DNA of 64,000 nt. It comes from Antedon mediterranea. Lineage: Eukaryota; Animalia; Echinodermata. The stretch is from contig NC_092672.1 in assembly GCF_964355755.1 (NCBI RefSeq), positions 31,192,437-31,256,436 of the forward strand, written 5' to 3'. Position 1 is the first letter of the stretch. The number at the start of each line of letters is the position of its first letter. Both the position numbers and the translations under genes were made by a program. The notes under the pieces were generated by a model. That model did not search any database. It saw only the letters and a list, made by a program, of their open reading frames with translations, and was not told the DNA's origin. Shown piece by piece: positions 53,201 to 64,000 of this stretch.

Positions 53201-55901
53201 AATGAATTGAAAAAGTTAAAAACCTAGTTCCCACATATTCAAAGAGTAACATAAACACAAATTTTGAGCTGACTAATTAATTTGAATTTTTTTGGTCATG
53301 TCCATGTTTGCATGGAATTGCCCATATGCTACAGTAATTATGGTTCATTACGCTATTTAAATTTTGATGAGGTCATCAATATAAAATTATCAAAATTAAA
53401 TTTTAGTTAAACTATATGAAAATATTTTCAGAAAGTTTAAGTTCGGCCTTTTTTCGTTTTTTTAAATGTTTTATCCTATTCTCTTTGATCGTTTATTTAC
53501 AAATAGTTTCTTTGTGAAATCATGTTGCCAAAATGACGACTTGAAATGAAAAATATCTAGGCATCATATTAAAATAAGAAAACCTTTAATTTTGATGTGA
53601 TTTTCCTTATTATTTTGTATAGTATCCTATCGACCCCAAGGATGGCGTGGATATACGGCTCTTGGCGTGGTTGTTGGCAGCCTTGCCTATTGTATATACA
53701 AGTTCTATCAGGTGATATTCATATTTGTGTATTTAGTTATCTTTTAGATCTGTATGTACATCTATTATTTTTTTTACATTTCATGCCAGTTTCAAATGTA
53801 TTTCCATTTTTTATAATTGCAGCCATTTTCAAAACGTGAAATTTTTTTTTAAATACAATAAAATTTGTATAAAACCAAACTAAAAGTTGACATTAAAACA
53901 GACAAATACTTACTTTGAAATTACAGTAATGATTGTATTGTAATAGTGTAATTAAAACAATTTTTGTCTATCACTATTCAGTCTTAACCAAATCAATTTG
54001 AAAATATAGAATTGATGTAACAACTCTAATTGCTACTTTTTTTTTTCAGAATGTAATTGCACCATTTTTAACGAGGAAACGTGAACAGGTTGAAGCCCTT
54101 AAGGCAATGCAAGAGGCAGTGAAAGAACTCGGGGACAGTGTAGCAGAAACAGGTAAAGGTTTTAAGATTCACCATGATGCGATATTTCTTTTCATACATA
54201 AGTTGGAGACCCTTCATGAAACGTCACAAAATAAACATGAATATTCATTAGTCATATCCATAAGGTGTGACGTATGAATTGAGCTTACTACAATTCCCTA
54301 ATGCAACTCTTTCCATCGAATCGTCTGTGTAGTCGAGTAGATTAGACTATGTACTTTACATTTCTATGTATGGGATTTGAATCCTATGGGCAACTTCTTT
54401 TACCTATAATGAGAGAGATTATTTAGAGGGTTAGGTTTAGATTAGTTATATTTAGGAAGTAGTTTTCACATAAGGGGTCCCCAACTAATGTACAAAAAAT
54501 AAATTCACCAGTAAAGTATCCAGTATGTCTGACAACGTAACAACAAAAGAAACTGGGTGTAGCATCAAATTTCTTTATACCTCTTTTTTATGAATGGATG
54601 CAGATTTCTTAATTTAAAAAAAATGTATAATACTGTAGTTTAGGGGACTAACATGTCAGTTAAATTCCAGGGCAACACACATGCACAGTACAAACACAGG
54701 ACATCTCGGAATAAAAAAACAGGTCTCGTCTGTGTGTTTTTCTTGGGAGATTTTCCCGAAAATTGTCTTCACACTATGCAAACCTGGCTACAAAAAAAAA
54801 AAAAACCTGGTTACAAGTTGTTACATTTTGCAGATGTGAAAAAAGTTTATTTACATTTTTCTGAAGATAGTTAAAGTTTATTTAACTTCCTTTCCCATAG
54901 TGAATGAGGTTCAGAAAATGGTCGACAGCATGAAAGTAAGTCTGAATAAGCAAGATCAAAAGCTAGACCAGCTAACATTGGATGTTGCCAGGAATAAAAC
55001 AATGGAAACCACCGTGAAAAGTATTGACATCGGTGATATCAAAAGTGAACTTGTTTCGCTCAAAGGACTTGTGTTAAGCAGGTACAAGATATGACATAAT
55101 CTGGGGAGTAGTGTAATACCTTGACACCTGAAACATGTTATAGGTTGACTTTTAGTGTCGTAGTAGAAGTTTCATGCATCACATTACTGTGAAACTGGAC
55201 ACATTACTGTGACACTTAAAACATGTTCTAGGTTGACTCATAGTGTTATTATAGATGTTCCATGTGTCACATTACTGTGACACTTGCAACATCTTCTAGG
55301 TTGACTCCTAGTGTCATGGTAGAGGTTTCATGTGTTGCATTACTGTGACACTTGCAACATGTTCTGGGTTGACTCCTAGTGTCGTGATACAGGAGAACTT
55401 ACTGCAGTATTTTATTTTTAATGAATCCTCTTGATTGCCCATCCATGCCCACAATTCCTCTTCCTGAATTTTACATAATTCCTAAAACCTAATCATCTGA
55501 TGTATTTTTACCCACAATTCCTCCTTATTTTTGTCTGCTTTAGAAACCAATTTCCTCGTACACCGAAACCAAGCCCAATCCCAGCATGGCAGATGGCGTC
55601 CAGTAAACCGAATGGCGATACAACATCGACAACCGAAACTCCGCCTGCAAACCACGTAGAACAGAGCGTTGATAGTGAACAAACTAGCGAGGCAGTATTA
55701 TCAGAAACCGCTACTGATGGCCAAGGCAAAATTGCAAGGTCTTTAAGCGGTTCTTTCGAGGGGTCACTCAGTCCAAGTAAAATTGTACAGGGTACATATG
55801 AGAACGGTGGAATGCCGATTAATAATCACTTGGTCAACGGAGATAATTTCTCCGAAAATCACCATGACGATTCAAATAAAAGCGATGATTCTGTTGATTA
55901 G
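50275..55901 (+). CDS. PEX14: Peroxisomal membrane protein PEX14; exons 50275-50292, 50714-50785, 50897-51086, 53623-53711, 54050-54152, 54901-55081, 55544-55901
   Basis: PREKLIETAIKFLQNPQVQSS...RKAFLVKKGLTDKEIEIA; TM segment WRGYTALGVVVGSLAYCIYKFY; coiled coil; IKSELVSLKGLVLSRNQFP...IPAWQ. The first micro-exon is less certain. Confidence 0.94.
51132..53323. mobile_element. 2.2-kb non-autonomous DNA transposon with GGGCAATTCCATG TIRs and 4-bp TSD ATAT (Sola2-like signature)
   Basis: ATAT at 51128-51131 and 53324-53327. Motif GTCACTCGCATTAC recurs near both ends. A degraded basic coding-like remnant lies on the minus strand at about 51830-52160. Confidence 0.75.
55118..55390 (+). repeat. ~70-bp minisatellite in the last PEX14 intron
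   Basis: CATTACTGTGACACTT...AGGTTGACTC(C/A)TAGTGT repeated about 4 times. Confidence 0.75.
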
Positions 55902-56786
55902 ATTAACATAAATAATATTTTTAATTATAACAAAATTTAATTGTACTTTTTAAATGATTATTGGTCCTTTATTGTTGTGATTAACTATGTCACCAAAGAC
56001 TACTAGAAAACGTAACAAAAATGATAAAGAATATTTATTTTAAAATAATTTTAGACTTTTTAAATACTGTGAATTCTGAAAATCACTGGACAACCAAGAA
56101 AAACATAAATTTAATATGTCTAAATATGGTGTAATAATCATGTTTTTAAATACAGTAATAATTCAAGTATTTTATGTTTATATGTTTGTTTTTTCAAGGG
56201 CCCTTTCCTTCACTCACTAAAGATGGTCGATCGAATAAATAAATATATTAAACAGATTATTTTTGTTGAAATTCGAGTGACTGGTGCTTTTAAAATTAAA
56301 ATGTGTAATTCAATAAAAAATAAAATGTATAAGAATTTGTTGTATACTTGTGTTTGTGTTCTCTGACCCAAGAAAACATTTACAAAAAAACAGAAAATTT
56401 CATAAATTCTTTATTTAATTATCAACAATAATATACAGGTATTATATTTACAATTTTGTTGTAGTCACAATATTTATATAAAACTAGATTATACCTTTCA
56501 TTTTTTAGGACGCGCCACATGAGCATGCAGTATAAAGTGCACACACTTTTAAAAAAAGGGCATTACATGTATAGAATGACTGTTAGACTCGATAGCTGCT
56601 GAATCATGTGGCACAATGTGAAAAAGAATTGCCTGTTTTGAAAATAATATGATAAAAATGCATACAAATTATATATCATTTAGATACTGTATTACAAACA
56701 TACAAATTAGACTGTACATCATTCAAACACTATACCAACCGAGTTTCATATTTGTTTATATACACTTTACACACATTTTGTCAGTA

Positions 56787-59700
56787 CTATGTTGCAATGC
56801 TCATGTCAGGCCCATAAGACGGCGTCCAATAGTAGTGCCGTCGAATTCCATGGTTCAACTCGGATAAGTATGTCTGTCCGTCCACTACGTAAGCTTGTAC
56901 ATCAGTATTCTCCTCTTCTAGTCTCTGTGACTCAATCAGTTCACTAAATGCCTTTTTAAAAATCAAAACAAAACAAATTGTTTAGTAGGAACGTGTTCAG
57001 ACAATGAGAACAGGTAAATGTATATATATAATGCAGGGCCTACAATCATTTCCATGGCATCAACTGCTGAACATCCCATCGGAAGGACAAGGGAACAGGA
57101 GTAAATGATGTCTCAAAGGACAAAAAACAAAATGGTAACATTTACAGTGCTTTTAACACAGCAAAATAAATCTATTCATTATAGTAGGCTAGACAGCGAT
57201 TTGACTTAATTTTTGTAAAACAAACACTTTACATTTTGGCACACATGGCTTGTCATAACTATACTTAAGCACCAATTTAATTTTGGGACAAACCGAATTC
57301 CTGCTGGTGGCAGGCAGGTAATGTAAAACAAAAATAGAGAGAACCCTTGGAATGCTTACGACGCAGGCAGGTTCCTCCAGTTTGTTCCCCCAGATGAACA
57401 CACTCTCTAGACTTGGGTTGGAATGCATGCTCTTTGCAATAGCCACCAGCCCTGCGCCTTGGATGTTGTTGCTTGTTATAACAAGGCTGTAAAAATAAAA
57501 AATGACATTATATAAAACCTGTTCTACACTAGCAAGACACATGAATCAGCCCATTGTGTGATACATGGCAAACCTCTTTTCCATTGAAATAAAATATTTT
57601 TACGTTTTTAAAGTTCGGTTAAGTTGCGTGAGGGCTTCGCTGATATACACAGCACCATCATCTTCAATCCTATTGAACCCAAGGTCAAGCACCTCAAGCG
57701 GTGTATTACGCTTCAGTAGTTTTGAAATTGCGAGGGCACCATCTCTTGTGATACGATTGCTGTCAAAGAAGAAACAATTATGTACGTATTACATTAGAAC
57801 CAGCTTATTTTTATATACAGCTTTAAGACTTTTCCATTGAAAAAGCACTTTTTGCGTGTTCTGTATATATATCAGATCCTGATCTTTTACATTCATCCAC
57901 ACACTTTTCAGAGTGTACTCGTATACATATGTTTCTCATTTTTTTTGCAGTACAAAAAAAAATATGAATATGCATAAAAACCAAAACAAACATATTCATA
58001 GAAAAAACAAGTTTTATAAAGTTCAATGTACTGCACCGAGTTTTGAAAAACGAAGGTGTTTTGAACTCCAGAGTTTTTTTAATTGTTATAGTCATATTAA
58101 ACAAAATGCCAGGGTTGACCCCTGGTGTGTGCAAACTCTGAGGTGTACTGCATATGAAGAAAAAATTTAGCAGATTCAACTGAAGTCTTACCAACTAAGA
58201 TCCAGATATTTTAAGCCAATGTTAAGCACAAGAGCATCGACCAGACGCTCTGCTCCAAAATCTTTAATATCGCACTTTTGTAAATGAAGTTCACATAGAT
58301 CACTGTTCACTTTTAGCATCAAAGCGTAATGAACTGTTGTTTCTTCTTGCTGACTGAACAATAGAGGGCGGTTCATGTTTAGCTTCTTCAACGTGCAGTT
58401 TCGATTCAGAACGGTTGCCATAGCTATCATACTTTTTGTGCCCTTTAAAGAAATCAATAATTGAGATTATCAAGTGTTTGTAATATAATTGATGAAATAA
58501 GAAATTGACCTCTGATACTGAGGATGGCAGAGATCAGGACTGAATAGAGGTCAAATTCACTTTGGCTCCCTATTTTCTAAACTAAATGAGTACTCTTCTA
58601 CAATTGGCAACAATATTGACATTCTACAAACATGTAACGGCTATGATAGCTCACTGGCTAAACCCACGGGCCTCGGGGCTTATGGGGGCCCCTGAGCAGT
58701 GCCCAGAGGAAAAACAGGTATCAAAATATGTCAAAAAAGGCAAAAAAACGCCAGAGGCCTCCAGCATTGGAGGGCCTCTTAGGGTTCCTAAACGAGGGCC
58801 TCTTAGGGTTCCTAAACGAGGGCCTCTTAGGGTTCCTAAACCAGACGCCTCTGCATTACACCACTGCACATCACCTGCAGAAATCCGAAATTGCAAAACG
58901 ATTGGCATGAGATTTTGACTTCACAAATGTTAACTATTTCTCTCACCTGGTCAGTGTCTCCCAGGTCAAGATCTTCCAATGCCGTGTTCACCTGAAGGGC
59001 CTCAGCAAAACCCATTCCTCCCTTGTTTCCGATCTTGTTCCCATTTAACCGGAATGAGATGAGTGTTGCATTCACCTTGATAAAAACGGAAACTGTTCAT
59101 TAAAATTAATATGGTGATATAACCTCTACATCCTTTCAAAAACTGGAAAATTCCTGTTAATATCCAACGATTATTAATGATTTGTACCTGGATTCCGGCA
59201 CACAGGTATGCAGCACCATCAGGGCCAATGTCATTACACATAATGTTCAAATGTTTCAGACCACATGTATCCTGTGAAAAGAAAAAAGCTGTTTTGTTCT
59301 TTTTAACCAAAATAATTACTTTGCTTAAAAGAAAAACAAATTCTACTAATTTTTATATACACAAAAAGACCAGGCTTTACAATTTGCCTAAAATGAGAAT
59401 AAAAAAAAAAGCTCTTGACAAAAAAATGATGTGCCCAAATAGGGTAGTGACATGCACAAATATGCTAATGATATGACATCGTCATGTCCATATAAGAGCA
59501 CATCACATTTTTTTTCTACATAAAATTTGATGTGTTGACAGAGCTTTAGTTTACTCATAACTAGTGGGTCTGGTGTGACATTTCGCAAACAATGTATGGG
59601 TAGCTGGGCTTAATCGTAAGAACTGTACTTTAAGCAACAAAAAAAAAAAACAAGTTTGTGGAATGCTGGTCTAGTGGGTTCCATACTTTGCTTCTAAGTA

Positions 59701-62272
59701 ACATTAATTTAATTTTTGTATATAAAAAGGCAATTTCCAAGGATAACCATAAGTTCACTGTACTTCTCAAAGTATCAGATATCTAAAACTTTCAACCAAT
59801 CAGAAGCTCAGGATGAGTAAGTGAAATGCACTATTTAAGATGAAGTTGACTGAATGACTTTAGGACAGTCAATTCTCATTCTCAATACCATTGTGAATGC
59901 CAAGTTAATATTAGTATAATATAAGAATAAGAATAAGATATCAGCTATATGGACTTTTAGGTACAAGCTAACCCACCACTTTCAATGCTTAAACATTATT
60001 CCAAATTTAAGAGAGAGCACACGGCAGCATCCGATTGACTTCTCTGTCTTACCTTAATCAGATTTCCAATATGTTTAGCACCCTCATCGGAGATATTATT
60101 ATATCTGAGGTCAAGTGAGGTCACATACGTACTGTTCACTAATGACTTGTAAAGAATCAATGCGTCCTCATCCTGAAGTCTTGTATCTGTCAAGAGGTGA
60201 TTGTTGCCTGGCAACTTGATCGCCATATTGTCTTGTGGATCTCTAGATCAACCAATGAAATGTGTTTAAACTTTTTGTGATATTTCAATGATTGATTTAT
60301 TGAATGAATACATGATTGATTGATTGATTGACTAATTGAATGATTGACTAATTGATTTAATGAATAATTAATTAATTAACTGATAGATTAATTGATTGAT
60401 TAACTGATTGATTGATTAACTGATTGATTGATTGATTGATGAATTGATTAACTGATTGATTGATAAGAGTGATTGATTGACTGATAGATTGATTAACTGA
60501 TGGAGTAACTAATTGATTTATTAATTAATTGATTGATTGACTGATAATAGCTTGACTGACTGATAGATTGACTGATTGATTAACTAATTGATTTATTAAT
60601 TGATTGACTGATAGGTTGATAGATTGATTCATTGACTTATTGACTGATTGATTAATATATATTGATATTTATTAATAACATATGCATATATGACATAAAT
60701 GAAAACAAAAAATTAAACATAAGAATATATGGGTAGTTAAGTAACTTATTACTTATTAAAGTAAGTAAAATCTAAGGAAAGAATCAACATTAAGTATTTC
60801 CTAATAAAAGATATAAAGCATTATTAATTTGTTCATTCGTTTTTTTACACATAGAACAGAAAACAAATTAAAGTATTTAAGATTGACATAACACAACACA
60901 TAATAAATACATTATCTTGAGAGAAAAGGACCAGTTGCATAATGCAAAGGCATGAAGCTCCTGGTTTAGGGACGCTAACTGGCCCTCAACGCTGGAGGCC
61001 TCAGCCTTTTTGACATATTTTAATGCCTGTTTTTTCCTCTGGGCACTGCTCAGAGGCCCCCATAAGCTCTGGGGCTCGTGGGTTTAGCCAGTGAGCGCTC
61101 ATAGCCGTTACACCACTGCAAGGATTTTCTCTATCCAGATTTCCCTCAAAACTTAGTAAGTTAAGAATTAGTTAGAAAGGTATTTGTTGTTTCAAAAGAA
61201 TAATTGAGAAGGTTTATCATGCAATATAATAGCACTATCCAATTTTTAATATATGGCTAAAATGCTAAGCAAACTAAAGTATGGTTTAAAATTATAAAGT
61301 TAAATTTAATTATAAAAAGTCAGCAATTCATTAAATAAGAATGGCATGGAGGGAATATTGAAATACATATTCATGAATATGAAATTATGTTGGATATGAA
61401 ACACTGCACATGCTAGGAAATCATGCATATTCATGAATATGACTTGCATAATATAATATTCATGATTGGATCATGCATAATTCATGGTATTTACTTACTC
61501 ATTGTTTTTAGCTCTTCTGAAAATTTAAACAGTTACATTTTAATATTTATATAATTATATAGTACTAAAAAAAGCAATGAAATGAAATATTGAGAGTGCT
61601 TACATTGTGAGGGTGGAACATGACCCTTGAAACCCTTATGTAACACGATCTACCTACATGCAGTCTGCTATTTTTCCATCTACAGAGCAGTGTGAGATAG
61701 CAGTTTAAGCAGCCCAGAAATTAAAATTTCAATTACAAAAATGAGACCTTAATACACTTGTCAATTGTATGACCCACTATATGACCCCGGGAGAGGTGCG
61801 CCATTTGTCCGATGTGGGTCATACCTTGTGAATACAATGACCTACCCCTGCATAAAAAAAGTGACTATACCTTTAGGTGACCATGACGCACCCATTTTGA
61901 CGCATTGTGTTCATGATATGGTGGGTGGTAAAGTGATGGACATTGACACACCATTGTTCATTGATGTGACGTACCATTTGAGTTTTTTTACACCCCTGCA
62001 TACAGTATATAATTATTTTTAAAAGACGCATCCATAACGCACATCTCCCGGGGGGTCGTATAGTGGGTTATACAATTGACAAGTGCATAAGAAACACCAA
62101 TAAACGTTTCACTTAAAATCTACATTAATCCCCAAAAAAAGTCCAACTATACTTACATAATTTGTTCTTGCCGTTCCATGTCCAGGACTTTCATGATAAA
62201 TTTATTTGGTTTTAAATCAAGTTCTTTACAAGTCTCAACATAACGGTTCTGTACTCCACTTGGATCTGACAT
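56787..62272 (-). CDS. LRRC34: Leucine-rich repeat-containing protein 34 (multi-exon)
   Basis: Exons encode KLPGNNHLLTDTRLQDED...LDLRYNNISDEGA, LNIMCNDIGPDGA, LNGNKIGNKGGMGFAEALQVN, LNMNRPLLFSQQEETTVH, LDLGFNRIEDDGA, IWGNKLEEPAC, and the C-terminus TDVQAYVVDGQTYLSELNHGIRRHYYWTPSYG, which is characteristic of LRRC34. Confidence 0.9.
60288..60675 (+). repeat. Degenerate (ATTG/ACTG)n microsatellite
   Basis: Visible tetranucleotide array. Confidence 0.9.
61748..62091. mobile_element. MITE with ~55-bp inverted termini
   Basis: CACTTGTCAATTGTATGACCCACTATATGACCCCGGGAGAGGTGCG vs CGCACATCTCCCGGGGGGGTCGTATAGTGGGTTATACAATTGACAAGTG. Confidence 0.75.
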
Positions 62273-63229
62273 TCTACAAAAAAACTTGATTTAGCCTAAA
62301 TTAAATTGGTATATTGTTAAATGTACTGTATAATACAAACTCATTCATTCAATAAAGATGCTAACAGTGACGTGTCATTATTTTTTTGGATTTGTTTTTT
62401 TTATTACCTTCATTAATTATCATCTATCATAGTTGAAATGTTTCTAGGCCTCTTAATAGTCAGTCTCCCTCCCACACCGTCTCGAAGAAGACGATATACT
62501 ACTGTATATTTATAACACACCTGATTGTATTGCAATTTGATTGGCCAATCGCGTCAAGAGTGTCATTTGGAATTGAGAGAATTTTGTTATTTCATTCGAT
62601 GAAAAATTGACTGCTCTATTTTCTTCAACTCGCCTTCACTTCTTCACTTCACAGCAGTCAATTTTTCAACTCATCATGAAATATTCTCACCATCCAACTC
62701 ATAAATATTCATTAGGCCTAGTTGTATACTATTATAGTATACTATAGTATTAGGCTTAGGCTAGGCCTACTTAATCTTGACACGGATAACAAACCGAGCC
62801 GCCGATTCTGTACTCCAATGCTAGTAGGCTTTATCATGTAGGTCTAGCCTAGCCTAAGCCTAGGCCTAGTAGTAGTACACACGGTACGTGTGAAAATGAT
62901 TCAGACTCAGACAGAGAGTGGGAAGTCTTGTCTATCTAGGCTTACTTGTTAAACTATTCTATCTATCCTATTTATCCCTTAACTACCGATAGACCTTGTT
63001 GGTATTATAAGTTTTAACGAAACAACACCTTCAAACCAAATTTTAAAAGAATAATTTCAACTCCGAAAAAGAAGAAACTGGCTTCGTTGGTTGCCAATGT
63101 GAACGACCTATGACCTGATGTGTACTGAACCATAACGAATAATTATAATTCATTTATATTGATCTCTCACAACAAACATAAGTGGATCGTTTTTCGTTCC
63201 AATTTTTCTTAGAACCATTTTTTGAAATA

Positions 63230-63978
63230 ATGAAATTACAAGTTTTAGCAATACAATCAGTTTTTTGTGCGTGTATTGTTGCTGTTTGCAGTACTAAAGT
63301 CTGTTCATATTATGGTAATTATACTTGATTTTATCGTGTTATAAATGCTAGGCAGAACCAGTGTGATGTGTATGGAAATTCCTATTCTTATTTATTATTA
63401 ATAAACTCCTTCTTGTCTTGCATAGCAGTCAGTGTAGCCTCTCATGTGTTTCATTTGTGGCCTGGCCTAGCGCTCGCCTACTGTATAGTTTTTCTTCAAT
63501 TGATCTTTTAAATAGTACTATATAATAGGCCTACGTATTTATAATAATTTATAATTAAAAAATCTACATTTTGCAGATCTAGGAGATATAATTTATAATA
63601 TAGTTATTGTTGAAAATAATTATAATAAATGTTTTCATAATATACTGTACAGTATGTTTCCACCTCAACTATGTTAAGATACTGTCCTATATCATTTTAA
63701 ATACACATTTTTAACAATATAATAATAGAATACCAATAGTAAAATAACATGATACAAAACGTACATTATTTTTCAGGTGAACAACGCTATGCAGCTCCAC
63801 AATCAAGTTTATCGAACTGTTCATGGTTCAGCGACTCGGCGTGTTGTCGTCGTACAGAGGTGACATCGGTCTTAGGTGGTATGTACAAAATCAACAAAGC
63901 ATCGCAAGAGTGCAAGAACAGATTAAATTACATGATGTGTTACTTCTGCAGTCCAAATCAAATGGATTGGTATGATGA
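63230..63978 (+). CDS. Secreted Cys-rich folate-receptor-like domain protein, first two exons (63230-63314, 63777-63978); continues off the right edge
   Basis: Signal peptide MKLQVLAIQSVFCACIVAVCS, then CSYYG|EQRYAAPQSSLSNCSWFSDSACC...ECKNRLNYMMCYFCSPNQ, a cysteine pattern like Folate_rec/NPC1-NTD/HHIP-N. Confidence 0.65.
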
Positions 63979-64000
63979 GTAAGTAGGGTCAGCTTGGTCA

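Overview
AT-rich, intron-containing animal genomic DNA. It looks like a marine invertebrate, possibly an echinoderm, but that is an inference. Gene order, reconstructed by hand from GT-AG boundaries: DNAJC16 exon 1 (-); RANGRF/MOG1 (+); cytidine deaminase (-); a secreted PAN-EGF-EPTP-WSC-EPTP gene (+, 19284-45178); TMEM222 (-); PEX14 (+); LRRC34 (-); and the start of a folate-receptor-domain gene (+). The genes sit mostly in head-to-head pairs, and introns carry two LINEs, many MITEs and minisatellites. The standout is a 13,916-bp element (28096-42011) that is almost entirely one giant palindrome: two ~6.8/7.1-kb near-identical arms around a 63-bp imperfect hairpin. It has 5'-AGTAG...CTACT-3' ends and a perfect 6-bp target-site duplication (CACAGC), which is the Polinton/Maverick integration signature. 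I found no polymerase, integrase or capsid ORF in it. Each arm instead carries an intron-containing ALKBH2-like DNA-repair gene and a small Cys/His ORF, both with the same nonsense codons in the two arms. The element is inserted in a coding exon whose frame is restored exactly when it is removed. Secondary observations: minisatellites built from 5' splice donors, and motifs shared by the bidirectional promoters.
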